In this document: positions 45,512-55,015 of the stretch, piece by piece
Position numbering within the stretch: position 1 is the stretch's first letter
Layout of the letters: each line of letters begins with the position of its first letter
Assembly: GCA_947444305.1 (NCBI GenBank)
Contig: CANEZP010000005.1
Location: 103,771-167,770, forward strand
From: Pseudobdellovibrionaceae bacterium
Lineage (GTDB): Bacteria > Bdellovibrionota > Bdellovibrionia > Bdellovibrionales > UBA1609
Reading direction: 5' to 3'
Length of the DNA: 64,000 nucleotides
Translations under genes and position numbers: made by a program
The notes under the pieces: model-generated
Seen by the model: the letters and a program-made list of their open reading frames with translations, nothing else
What the model was told of the DNA's origin: nothing
The model's database searches: none

Positions 45512-47119
45512 ATGCAACTCTTCGCCGAAATGTTCGAGAAGGTCGATCAGACCACCGGCACGAATGAAAAAGTGGCGGCCTTGGTCGCGTACTTTCAAAA
45601 AGCTCCGCTTCACGACAAAGTTTGGGCGACTCTACTTTTGCGCGGACGGGTGAAACGCTCGCCGCTTACCTCGCTCCGCATGCGCCAGGTTTTTCAACGC
45701 TTAAGCGGCACGCCCCGTTGGTTGATGGACGAATGTTTCTCGCACGTCGGTGATACCGGTGAAACTTTGGCGCTATTAATGAACGCCGGCATGCTCGCGC
45801 TGGATCCGAAACCGAAAGAACGTTCGCTCAACGAATGGATGACCGAAGAGCTCGTGGGTTTAAGAACTCTCGGCGACGAAGACCTCGACCGCAGGCTTTT
45901 AGAAATCTGGAATTCCGCGCATCCCGAACATTGGTTTCTGATTAATAAATTACTGACCGGCTCGTTCCGCGTCGGCGTATCTGAAAAATTAGTGTTGAAG
46001 GCTCTTTCGAAAGTCACCGGCGATAGCGAATCCGTCTGGCACCAGTGGCTAATGGGGAAGAGCGACCGCGATTTCGAAGAACTGCTCCTCACCTTCCAAG
46101 GCCAAGCGCCTTCAAAAGAGCTATTGCACGCGATCCCCTTCTGCCTCGCTTCGCCGCTTGAAGAATCCTTCTTCGTGAACGAAAAGCCCGAGGATTATTT
46201 CGCCGAGTGGAAATGGGACGGCATCCGCTCGCAAATCATCAAGAAGGGCGATCAGATTTTTATTTGGTCACGCGGCGAAGAAATGGTTACCGAGGCCTTT
46301 CCCGAAATCGCGCAGATGGCTTCGACCTGGGCCGAAGACGTTATCCTCGACGGTGAATTGCTCGTCTGGGGCGAAGACAAGCCGCGCGATTTCAACGATC
46401 TTCAGCAACGGCTGGGCCGCAAGAAATTGGGTCCCGATATTCTGAAGAAGGCGCCGGTCAGTTTCATGGCCTACGATCTGCTACATCTAAACGGCGAAGA
46501 TTTCACCGCGCTTACCCTCGCCGAGCGGCGCACGAAGCTCGAAAGCTTTTCGGGCACCCGAACCCATCCCCGCTACCGCATGTCGCAACTCGTGGAGTTT
46601 ACTTCGTGGGATCAGGTTAAAGAATTGCAACTTCAATCGCGCGAACTCGGCACCGAAGGCTTGATGCTCAAGAATAAACACAGCCTTTACGTGACCGGTC
46701 GCAAACGCGGCAACTGGTGGAAGTTTAAGGTACAGCCCTACACGCTCGACGCCGTTTTGCTCTACGCCCAAGCCGGAACCGGCAAACGATCGAATCTTTT
46801 TACCGATTACACGTTTGCGCTTTGGCACGGCGATAAATTGGTGCCGTTCGCAAAAGCTTACTCCGGCTTAGACAACAAAGAGATCGAAGAACTTGACCGC
46901 TGGATTCGCCGCAACACGCTCGAGAAATTCGGGCCCGTTCGCTCGCTTAAAACGCATCACGTGTTTGAAATCGCCTTCGAGGGTATCGCCAATTCCACCC
47001 GGCACAAATCGGGAATTGCCGTGCGTTTCCCGCGGATCTTGCGCTGGCGCCGTGACAAAACGGTCGACGCCGCCGACAAACTTGAAGACGCGCAAAAGTT
47101 AATCGAGGCCCATGTTTGA
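45512..47119 (+). CDS. ATP-dependent DNA ligase (ligase-associated damage-response type)
   Basis: Adenylation motif I EWKWDGIR (KxDG), motif LDGELLVW, motif EGLMLK and a C-terminal OB-like region. 535 aa. Confidence 0.9.
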   Translation: MQLFAEMFEKVDQTTGTNEKVAALVAYFQKAPLHDKVWATLLLRGRVKRSPLTSLRMRQVFQRLSGTPRWLMDECFSHVGDTGETLALLMNAGMLALDPKPKERSLNEWMTEELVGLRTLGDEDLDRRLLEIWNSAHPEHWFLINKLLTGSFRVGVSEKLVLKALSKVTGDSESVWHQWLMGKSDRDFEELLLTFQGQAPSKELLHAIPFCLASPLEESFFVNEKPEDYFAEWKWDGIRSQIIKKGDQIFIWSRGEEMVTEAFPEIAQMASTWAEDVILDGELLVWGEDKPRDFNDLQQRLGRKKLGPDILKKAPVSFMAYDLLHLNGEDFTALTLAERRTKLESFSGTRTHPRYRMSQLVEFTSWDQVKELQLQSRELGTEGLMLKNKHSLYVTGRKRGNWWKFKVQPYTLDAVLLYAQAGTGKRSNLFTDYTFALWHGDKLVPFAKAYSGLDNKEIEELDRWIRRNTLEKFGPVRSLKTHHVFEIAFEGIANSTRHKSGIAVRFPRILRWRRDKTVDAADKLEDAQKLIEAHV

Positions 47120-49500
47120 AAATCGTCAATGCCTGGTTCAAGAAGCAAGGCTGGAAGCCCTTCGCCTATCAGCGCGAGGCGTGGGCCGCGTTCGAAAATA
47201 AAGAGAGCGGCCTGATCAGCGTGCCCACCGGCTACGGCAAAACTTTAGCCGCGACCCTCGGCCCGATCGAAGAGGCCATCCGCCAAAAGCCCAAGGGTCT
47301 ATTTTTAATTTACATCTCACCGTTGCGCGCGCTGACCCGCGACCTAAGCCAGTCTTTGCAACGCGTGATTTTTGAGATGGGTTCGGATCTAAAGGTCGAG
47401 TGCCGCACCGGCGACACTTCGGCTTCGATGCGCGCCAAACAGCTAAAGAAAATGCCGCCCATTTTATTCACCACGCCCGAATCGTTGAGCCTAATGCTTT
47501 CGTACGCGGGCAGCCGCGAACTGCTCGGTTCGGTGCAGGCGACGGTCGTCGACGAATGGCACGAACTCATCGCGAGTAAACGCGGGATCCAAACGCAACT
47601 CGGCCTCGAGCGTTTACGCACCTGGAATCCCGACATGCGCACTTGGGGATTGTCCGCGACGCTCGGAAATTTAGAGGAAGCTTCGCAAGCCTTGGTCGGT
47701 GCGGGTCGGCCCTTTCATCTTATCCGCGCAAAGCTGCCGAAGGAGATTGAGCTCGACCCCGTCGCGCCCGACGAAATCGACAGTTTCCCTTGGGCGGGAC
47801 ACTTAGGTTTGCGCATGCTGCCCAAACTGACACAAAAATTATCGGCCGAAAAATCGACCCTGATTTTTACCAACACGCGCTCGCAATGCGAACGGTGGCA
47901 CGCCGCTTTGGTCGAAGCCCTGCCCACCTTCGCCGATAACATCGCCATCCACCACAGCGCCATGGATCGCGGCGAGCGTGAAGACGTCGAAGAAGGTTTG
48001 CGAACCGGCGAGATCAAGTGGGTCGTATGCACCTCGTCGCTCGACTTAGGCGTCGACTTCCAACGCGTGGAACAAGTGGTGCAAATCGGTACGGCCAAAT
48101 CACTCGCGCGTTTGGTTCAGCGTGCGGGCCGCTCGATGCACCGGCCGGGTGAACCCTCGCATTTACTTTACGTGCCCACCAATTCCTGGGAGCTCGTCGA
48201 ACTCGAAGCCGCGCGCGCCGCCTTAAGCGAAGGCGTCGTCGAACCGCGCCGGCCCATCAACAAACCGATCGACGTGCTCGTGCAACATTTAGTCACGCTC
48301 GCGTGCGGGGACGGCTTTCGCGACGAGGATTTTGAAGAGGTCCGCCGCTGTTACAGTTTCGCCGGGCTGACGAAAGAAGAGTGGGATTGGTGCGTGAACT
48401 TCGTTCGCTACGGCGGCCCTTCACTCCAAGCGTATCCGCAGTACCAAAAAATATATCTCGATGACGAGAATGTATTTCGTATTCGCAATTCGTTCATGTC
48501 GCGACAGCATCGCATGTCGATCGGCACCATCCCGAACAATTACCAGGTCAACCTGGTCATGGGAAATCGCAAGCGCATCGGTTCGATCGAAGAAACTTTC
48601 ATCTCTAAATTGAAACGGGGTGATGTCTTTCATTTTTCGGGCCGTAAACTCGAGTTCGTGATGATGAAAGATATGACCGCGATCGTGAAGGCTACCACCC
48701 GCAACTCGCGCGTAACGCCGAGCTGGGCGGGTACGCAGTTTCCACTCAGCGAAAGCCTAAGCGGATTTTTCCAGGCCCAACTGGCGAAGCCACCCACTCA
48801 AGAATTGCAGGGTCTGTTCGAGTCCCAACGCGAGATTAGTCAAATTCCGCGCGCCGACGAACTCCTTTGCGAAGTGTGGGACGCGCGCGAGGGCCGGCAT
48901 CTGTTTCTGTACCCGTTCGGGGGCCGCTCGGTGCACGAAGGTTTGGCTGCGGTATGGACCCACCGTTTCGCGCAAAAAGAAAAAGGTTCCTTTTTATTTT
49001 CGGTGAACGATTACGGCGTGATGATTCAAGGCCCGAAGGAATATCCGTTCCAAGAACTCATGGACGAAAGTTTTTTCACTCCCGCCGGTCTCGAGCCGCA
49101 CATCGAAGCGGCGCTTAATTTAACGGAAATGAGCCTCAGGCAATTCCGCAATATCGCGCAGACGGCCGGCCTCATTTTTACCGGCTACCCCAGCGCGAAG
49201 AAGAGCGGCAAGCAGATGCAGATTTCGACGTCGTTGCTGTTTGAGGTTTTTCGCAAGCATGATCCGGGGAGCCTGCTCTTCAAGCAAGCGCACGATCAGG
49301 TCCTAGAGCAGCAATTAGACATCGGGCGCTTGCATCGGAAATTAGTTGAGCTACAAGATAGGAAACGCATCTGGAAACACACGGTCCGACCCTCGCCGCT
49401 CGCGGTTCCGGTCTGGGCCGAGATGAACGCCGCCCGCCTGTCGACCGAATCCTTTCACGACCGGATGGAGCGGATGAAAAAAGAATGGACGCAAAATTAA
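47116..49500 (+). CDS. Ligase-associated DEXH-box helicase (Lhr-like)
   Basis: Walker A PTGYGKT, DExH box VVDEWH, and motif VI QRAGRSMH. The TTG start overlaps the ligase stop by 4 nt. Confidence 0.9.
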   Translation: MKIVNAWFKKQGWKPFAYQREAWAAFENKESGLISVPTGYGKTLAATLGPIEEAIRQKPKGLFLIYISPLRALTRDLSQSLQRVIFEMGSDLKVECRTGDTSASMRAKQLKKMPPILFTTPESLSLMLSYAGSRELLGSVQATVVDEWHELIASKRGIQTQLGLERLRTWNPDMRTWGLSATLGNLEEASQALVGAGRPFHLIRAKLPKEIELDPVAPDEIDSFPWAGHLGLRMLPKLTQKLSAEKSTLIFTNTRSQCERWHAALVEALPTFADNIAIHHSAMDRGEREDVEEGLRTGEIKWVVCTSSLDLGVDFQRVEQVVQIGTAKSLARLVQRAGRSMHRPGEPSHLLYVPTNSWELVELEAARAALSEGVVEPRRPINKPIDVLVQHLVTLACGDGFRDEDFEEVRRCYSFAGLTKEEWDWCVNFVRYGGPSLQAYPQYQKIYLDDENVFRIRNSFMSRQHRMSIGTIPNNYQVNLVMGNRKRIGSIEETFISKLKRGDVFHFSGRKLEFVMMKDMTAIVKATTRNSRVTPSWAGTQFPLSESLSGFFQAQLAKPPTQELQGLFESQREISQIPRADELLCEVWDAREGRHLFLYPFGGRSVHEGLAAVWTHRFAQKEKGSFLFSVNDYGVMIQGPKEYPFQELMDESFFTPAGLEPHIEAALNLTEMSLRQFRNIAQTAGLIFTGYPSAKKSGKQMQISTSLLFEVFRKHDPGSLLFKQAHDQVLEQQLDIGRLHRKLVELQDRKRIWKHTVRPSPLAVPVWAEMNAARLSTESFHDRMERMKKEWTQN

Positions 49501-50128
49501 AATTGCCTGGGCCGGACAAAATTTTGAACTCATCGCCGACCGCGCTTTATTTTGGCTCGAGAAATCGACGCTAATCTTTTCCGACGTCCATCTGGGTAAA
49601 GCGCACGACTTTCAAGCCGCCGGAATTCCCATACCCGCGACCGTTCACAACGAAGACCTCGATCGCATCGCCGAGCTTTTACGCGCGCACCGTCCTTCAC
49701 GCATCATGATCCTGGGCGATTTCGTGCACTCACACCGCACCGAGCTCGACGATTTGATTTCGGCGTTTAAGGTAATGATTCAAAAACAAAAAGCCGAGTG
49801 GATTTTAGTGCTGGGTAATCACGACTGGGCCGCGCGCGAAAAGCTTCGGGACTGGGATTTCGATATGATCGCCAAGGAGCTCGTCGAAGACGGCATCACT
49901 TTTTCGCACGACCCCGCGCCCGGGACGGCCTTCGCCATTAGCGGCCACGTGCACCCGGTGGTCCGCATCGGCAGCGGCCGCGATCGCATGCGCCTGCCCT
50001 GCTTCGTTATCAACGATACGCGAATTCTGTTACCGTCGTTCGGATCGTTCACCGGTGGCTTCGAAATCAAGCCCAAAGCCAAAGACCGCATCTTCGTCGC
50101 CGCCCACAATCAAATTGTGAGTCTCTGA
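49496..50128 (+). CDS. pdeM: Ligase-associated metallophosphoesterase PdeM; start codon non-canonical or unresolved
   Basis: In-frame motifs FSDVHLGK, ILGDFVH, LGNHD and SGHVHP. The frame is open from 49478, but no ATG/GTG/TTG occurs before the DVH motif. The only plausible starts are ATT at 49496 or 49502. Confidence 0.7.
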   Translation: MKIAWAGQNFELIADRALFWLEKSTLIFSDVHLGKAHDFQAAGIPIPATVHNEDLDRIAELLRAHRPSRIMILGDFVHSHRTELDDLISAFKVMIQKQKAEWILVLGNHDWAAREKLRDWDFDMIAKELVEDGITFSHDPAPGTAFAISGHVHPVVRIGSGRDRMRLPCFVINDTRILLPSFGSFTGGFEIKPKAKDRIFVAAHNQIVSL

Positions 50129-50277
50129 ACGGCACCGCTGGCCGGCGGAAACCGCTTCGTTCGCGGGTGACGCGGCTTTTCTTTTCTGGAATTTAAACGG
50201 CGCGGCTATTTGCGTCCTGAAACTCCCCGCCGACTCAATAGTATTTATATAGCAAAACTTTTCGGGCCGATCTGACC

Positions 50278-50306
50278 TTGACTCCCCTGACATCCCGTCC
50301 TAATCC
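50278..50306 (+). promoter_or_regulatory. Candidate promoter of the outer-membrane protein gene (leaderless geometry)
   Basis: TTGACT, 17 nt, TAATCC, then 6 nt to the ATG at 50313. No Shine-Dalgarno. Confidence 0.35.
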
Positions 50307-50312
50307 CAAGCC

Positions 50313-51308
50313 ATGAAAATCAAATACACCATTCTTGCTTCAGCTTTATTCATGTCGATCCTTAGCGCGATGCTCGGCCAAACCCAGGCGTTCGCCCAAA
50401 CCCCCGATGATCCCAACACCCTAGGTTGGAAACGCTCGGCTAAACTCGGAACCAATCTGTCCTTATCGAGCAGCCAAGATGTCGTGGGCCAAACCGACGG
50501 CAGCAGCGAAACTTACGGCCTCAATCTTAAAAGCGAATTTAAACGCTTAAGCGAAAAAGACGAATGGCGCACCGAAGGCTCGCTCGTCGGCGCGACCACC
50601 AAAACCCCCAGCATCTCCCGCTTCATCAAATCGAACGATGAATTAAAATTGAACACGACTTACTTATTGTTCCTAAACGACGCGAAAACTTGGGGCCCCT
50701 ACGCACGCGCCGAGGCATCGGCCCCGATGTTTCGCGGAGAAGACACGCAAGCGACCGCCAAGCCCTACCGCGTGACCCGCAACAACGGCACCAGCACCCT
50801 GACCGGGCCGCAATCCACCTATCGCCTGACCGATGGTTTCAAACCACTCAACACCAAAGAATCATTGGGCGTGTTTTGGAAAGCCGTGAATGAAGAGCGG
50901 ATTAAAGTCGAAGCACGCCTCGGTGCCGCGGCTTTGCAAATCGATGCGAGCGGCCAATTCGCCGCGAAGGGTGCCAACCCCGCCGGTGAAATTAAGGTCA
51001 GCGAACTCTCCGACGTAAACCAATTCGGTGTCGAGGCCGCGCTTTCGGTGAAGGGAAAAGTTGACGACAAATCCAGCTACGAGCTCGGAATCGAGTCCCT
51101 CACGCCGTTCGTGAACAACAAAGCCGATAACGATAAACGTGACGCCTTTGCGCTGACCAACGTCGACGGTTTCGTAAAGCTAACTTCGAACATCACGAGC
51201 TGGGCTTCGTTCGGCTATGACTACAAAGTTAAGTTGCAACCCCAGTTGACCGAGCGCGCGCAACAGACTCACATGATCGTCCTCAGCGCCAACTACAATC
51301 TTCTTTAA
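50313..51308 (+). CDS. Putative outer-membrane beta-barrel protein (DUF3078-like, tentative)
   Basis: Signal peptide ...LGQTQAFA. Alternating beta-strand-like pattern throughout. The family assignment is weak. Confidence 0.55.
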   Translation: MKIKYTILASALFMSILSAMLGQTQAFAQTPDDPNTLGWKRSAKLGTNLSLSSSQDVVGQTDGSSETYGLNLKSEFKRLSEKDEWRTEGSLVGATTKTPSISRFIKSNDELKLNTTYLLFLNDAKTWGPYARAEASAPMFRGEDTQATAKPYRVTRNNGTSTLTGPQSTYRLTDGFKPLNTKESLGVFWKAVNEERIKVEARLGAAALQIDASGQFAAKGANPAGEIKVSELSDVNQFGVEAALSVKGKVDDKSSYELGIESLTPFVNNKADNDKRDAFALTNVDGFVKLTSNITSWASFGYDYKVKLQPQLTERAQQTHMIVLSANYNLL

Positions 51309-51338
51309 ACTGCGAAGCCTCAGGCTTTAGGAGCGAAC

Positions 51339-51749
51339 ATGTCGATCATTCAAGAATTCAAAACCTTCGCGATGAAGGGTAACGTCGTTGATCTTGCCGT
51401 GGGCGTGATCATCGGCGCGGCCTTCGGCAAAATCGTATCCTCGCTGGTCGACAACGTACTCATGCCGCCGCTCGGGTTGTTGCTCGGCGGGATGGATTTT
51501 TCCCGCCTTAGAATAATTCTTAAAGCCGGTGAAGAAGGCCATCCCGAAGTAGCCATGGGTTACGGCCTTTTCATCCAAAACTGCGTGAATTTTTTGATCG
51601 TGGCCTGGGCCGTTTTCTTGTTGATCAAGTTCATGAACCGCTTTCAGCACAAAACACCCGCGCCCGCGTCAGGCCCACCGCCGCCCCCCGAAGACGTCCT
51701 CCTGCTGCGCGAAATTCGTGACGCTCTTAAATCCGCTAAAAATAGCTAG
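51339..51749 (+). CDS. mscL: Large-conductance mechanosensitive channel
   Basis: [46 protein letters not shown] is a near-canonical MscL N-terminus. Confidence 0.95.
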   Translation: MSIIQEFKTFAMKGNVVDLAVGVIIGAAFGKIVSSLVDNVLMPPLGLLLGGMDFSRLRIILKAGEEGHPEVAMGYGLFIQNCVNFLIVAWAVFLLIKFMNRFQHKTPAPASGPPPPPEDVLLLREIRDALKSAKNS

Positions 51750-51810
51750 GAATTAATTGACGGCTCCCCACCGGGGAAACAACAATCTCCGTCAATCAGG
51801 AGATATATTC

Positions 51811-53040
51811 ATGAAAAAAATTGTGGTGAAAAACCCGGTCGTCGAACTCGACGGCGACGAAATGACCCGGATCATCTGGGACTTCATTAAAAAGAAGCTC
51901 ATTCTTCCCTACCTCGAAATTGATTTGAAGTACTACGATCTCGGCGTCGAATACCGCGACAAGACCGACGATAAAGTGACGATCGAAGCCGCCGAAGCGA
52001 TTAAAAAATACGGCGTCGGCGTGAAGTGCGCGACCATCACCCCCGATGAAGAGCGCGTCACCGAATTCAAACTCAAGTCCATGTGGAAGTCGCCCAACGG
52101 CACGATCCGTAACATCTTGGACGGTACCGTGTTCCGCGAACCGATCATCTGCAAAAACATCCCGCGCTTGGTCACCACTTGGACGCAGCCCATCTGCATC
52201 GGCCGTCACGCGTTCGGCGATCAGTACCGCGCCACCGATTTCGTCACGAAGGGCAAAGGCAAACTTACGGTCACCTTCGCGCCCGAAGGCGGCGGGCCCG
52301 AGCAAAGCTTCGAAGTCTACAACTTCAAAGGCGATGGCGTCGCGATGGCCATGTACAACACCGACGAATCGATTCGCGGCTTCGCGCACTCGTGCTTCAA
52401 CATGGCGTTGAGCAAAAAATGGCCGCTCTATCTTTCGACCAAAAACACGATTCTTAAAAAATACGACGGCCGCTTTAAAGATATCTTTCAAGAAATTTAC
52501 GACAAAGACTACAAGGGCAAATTCCAAGAAGCCAAAATTGTTTACGAACACCGTTTGATCGACGACATGGTAGCCTCAGCCCTTAAGTGGAACGGCGCTT
52601 TCGTGTGGGCTTGCAAGAACTACGACGGCGACGTGCAATCCGACACCGTCGCGCAAGGTTTCGGTTCGCTCGGCATGATGACTTCGGTTTTGATCACGCC
52701 CGACGGCAAGACGATGGAGTCCGAGGCCGCGCACGGCACGGTCACCCGCCACTACCGCCAACACCAGGCCGGCAAAAAAACTTCGACCAACCCGATCGCC
52801 TCGATCTTCGCGTGGACGCGCGGGCTCGCCTTCCGCGGTAAGCTCGACGACAACCAAGATTTGATTCGCTTCGCGACCGCGCTTGAAGAAGTGTGCGTCG
52901 AAACGGTCGAGAGCGGCAAGATGACCAAAGATCTCGCCATGCTCGCGTTCGGCAACGACGTGAAAGAGAGCCAGTACCTCAACACCGAGGACTTCCTCGA
53001 TCTGCTCGACCGCAACCTCAAAGAGAAGTGGAAAAACTAA
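51811..53040 (+). CDS. icd: NADP-dependent isocitrate dehydrogenase (IDH1/IDH2-like homodimeric type)
   Basis: AGGAG RBS upstream of the ATG at 51811. [28 protein letters not shown] and LIDDMVA motifs. About 409 aa. Confidence 0.95.
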   Translation: MKKIVVKNPVVELDGDEMTRIIWDFIKKKLILPYLEIDLKYYDLGVEYRDKTDDKVTIEAAEAIKKYGVGVKCATITPDEERVTEFKLKSMWKSPNGTIRNILDGTVFREPIICKNIPRLVTTWTQPICIGRHAFGDQYRATDFVTKGKGKLTVTFAPEGGGPEQSFEVYNFKGDGVAMAMYNTDESIRGFAHSCFNMALSKKWPLYLSTKNTILKKYDGRFKDIFQEIYDKDYKGKFQEAKIVYEHRLIDDMVASALKWNGAFVWACKNYDGDVQSDTVAQGFGSLGMMTSVLITPDGKTMESEAAHGTVTRHYRQHQAGKKTSTNPIASIFAWTRGLAFRGKLDDNQDLIRFATALEEVCVETVESGKMTKDLAMLAFGNDVKESQYLNTEDFLDLLDRNLKEKWKN

Positions 53041-53139
53041 GTTCACTACCGGAAAAGGCTAACGGGTGTCCAAACTTGAGACACCCAGCCCCCCGTATAA
53101 TCGTCTCAAAACGGAACGAACTTTTCATTGTTCGTTCCT

Positions 53140-53751
53140 ATGCTTAACGACTTAAAAACCAACCGAAACATATTTATCGTAGCGGCGGCGCTGATCCTCT
53201 CGGTCTTCTCCGTCGAAAACACCGAAGCGGCCGGCTGCGGCGCGGGCTGCCAACGATCCATGGGATCGTGCACGGTCAACTCGTCGCTCTGGGCCAGCCT
53301 CTCCGCCGCCCGTGAAAGCGGGGTCCGCGCCACGAGTTGCTGCCGCAGCAAAGAGTACAATACTCGAATGCGCTCCTGCGGTTACTTTCCCAGCCCATCG
53401 TCAGCGCATATGTCCGGCAACGCGGTCGACTTAATCGTCAGCCCCGCCCGCTGCAACAGCCGCAACCTCGCGCAGTACGGCTTCAGCAACGTTTGCCCGC
53501 ACTATCATTACGGTCACTGCCACGTGCAACAATGCGGAACGCCCCGTACCGCGCGCGCCGCCCGTGAACGCGTGCCTTCCCGTGCCGCGCGAATTCGTCG
53601 CGACAACTATCGCCGTCCGATGACGATGAGGCCTAAACCACAATCGTATCGCCGTGCCTACCGCCCCGACCGCGAGCCTATGGAACAAGAATATTACTTT
53701 GACGCCCAACCGACGTGGTGGGAAATCATCGAAGCAGGAGTTGAACAATGA
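53140..53751 (+). CDS. Secreted peptidase M15A-like (LAS family) protein
   Basis: Signal peptide IFIVAAALILSVFSVENTEA. CCRSKEYNTRM...SAHMSGNAVDL (SxHxxGxAxD) and HYHYGHCHV. The Arg-rich C-terminal tail is basic. Confidence 0.6.
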   Translation: MLNDLKTNRNIFIVAAALILSVFSVENTEAAGCGAGCQRSMGSCTVNSSLWASLSAARESGVRATSCCRSKEYNTRMRSCGYFPSPSSAHMSGNAVDLIVSPARCNSRNLAQYGFSNVCPHYHYGHCHVQQCGTPRTARAARERVPSRAARIRRDNYRRPMTMRPKPQSYRRAYRPDREPMEQEYYFDAQPTWWEIIEAGVEQ

Positions 53752-54146
53752 TGAACTTAAAACGTATTTCCACCCTTTGCGCGTTCGCCCTGCTAGGCTT
53801 GCCTTTCACGGCTTCGGCTAAAGTCACCTGCGAAACTTTGCAGGCGATGATCGACGTGCCCGATGACCAGTGCGAAGCCATTTCGAACTCGGCCCAACGT
53901 TGCTTCACGGCGCTGAACTTCGAATACGCCCAGGTCCGCAAAACCAAAGACAAAGAGTTGCGTTCGCGCACGGCCGGCGAACTCGTCAGCGATTACACCC
54001 GCGAGATCAACAACTGGCGCCGCCACTACGTCTACATCAGCCGTTTAGGCGAAGGCCGTGCGTGCATCGACCAAACCGCCGAAGTGGAAGCCTGGATCGA
54101 AGAATTAGAAAAAGATTTGAAAACATTGGCGGCTCGCCGCTATTAG
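53748..54146 (+). CDS. Small secreted protein, unknown function (co-translated with the M15A-like gene)
   Basis: AGGAG RBS. The ATG overlaps the upstream stop (ATGATGA). Signal peptide LCAFALLGLPFTASA. Confidence 0.55.
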   Translation: MMNLKRISTLCAFALLGLPFTASAKVTCETLQAMIDVPDDQCEAISNSAQRCFTALNFEYAQVRKTKDKELRSRTAGELVSDYTREINNWRRHYVYISRLGEGRACIDQTAEVEAWIEELEKDLKTLAARRY

Positions 54147-54164
54147 AATTCGCTTGCTGGCGCC

Positions 54165-54467
54165 CTAAGGCATCTGCGCGGCTTGTTTTTCCTTAACGAC
54201 TTTAAGTTCGCTCACCGCTTGGAGGGCGAACAGTTCATCGCCGCGGAGTTTGGCCAGTTCGATGGCGCGGTTCAGATGATTTTGCGCGGACGTCAGTTTG
54301 TTCCAGCGCGAATACAATCTACCGTATTGAAAATGGAAAAAGGCCTCGAACTGCGGCGCGCCCCCGATGGATTGCGCCAAGAGTTCTTCGGCCCCTTCGA
54401 AATCCCCGCCCGAGACGAGGCTTTCAAATTCTTCGATTATTCCCGTAATAGAGAGCGCAGCATCCAC
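54165..54467 (-). CDS. Small TPR-like hypothetical protein
   Basis: 100-aa ORF with one or two TPR-like helices (FHFQYGRLYSRWNKLTSAQNHLNRAIELA). Its start overlaps the dps 3' end by 31 nt, so this is a weak call. Confidence 0.4.
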   Translation of the reverse strand: MDAALSITGIIEEFESLVSGGDFEGAEELLAQSIGGAPQFEAFFHFQYGRLYSRWNKLTSAQNHLNRAIELAKLRGDELFALQAVSELKVVKEKQAAQMP

Positions 54468-54916
54468 GCGGTTTTCTCATGGTATTGAATGCGCTGAGTG
54501 AGCAGATCGGCACTGGCTTCGTCGCCGCCTTTTTCGGCCGCGGGGAACACCGAGCGTGCGGTGCGCGCGACGGTCTCATGACCTTCTAATAATTCGGCAA
54601 CCATTTTCAATGCGGGCGGCGCTTCTTCGACGTCCGTCAGGCTCGAAAGTTTTTTGAACTGATGGTAAGTGCCGGGCGCGATCTCGTCCAGGGCACGGAT
54701 ACGTTCGGCGATTTCGTCGGTCGAAGTCCAGATTTCATTGTACTGAGTTTCGAACATCGTGTGCAGCGTGCTGAACATGGGGCCAGAGACATTCCAATGG
54801 AAGTAATGCGTGCGGAGGTAAAGCGTGAAGGTGTCGGCCAAAAGTTTGGACAAGCCTTGCGCGATTTCTACGCGGGCGGGTTCTGGGATTCCGATATTGA
54901 TTTTAGGTGGCGTCAT
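54437..54916 (-). CDS. dps: Dps-family DNA-protection/ferritin-like protein
   Basis: LLADTFTLYLRTHYFHWNVSGPMFSTLHTMFETQYNE...DEIAERIRAL matches the Dps ferroxidase-site region. Confidence 0.9.
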   Translation of the reverse strand: MTPPKINIGIPEPARVEIAQGLSKLLADTFTLYLRTHYFHWNVSGPMFSTLHTMFETQYNEIWTSTDEIAERIRALDEIAPGTYHQFKKLSSLTDVEEAPPALKMVAELLEGHETVARTARSVFPAAEKGGDEASADLLTQRIQYHEKTAWMLRSLLRE

Positions 54917-55015
54917 ATAAATCCTTTCGCAGATTCAGGGCCCAAACTAACGGAGCCCACCTGATAAAGCCAATCGAATAGGAAGATGTCTGAATAACTA
55001 CCCTCTATCGGGAAC

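Noticed and set aside
51796-52551. 251-aa antisense ORF within icd
   Set aside because: Same reasoning. The sense frame encodes a highly conserved isocitrate dehydrogenase, and the antisense translation is motif-free.
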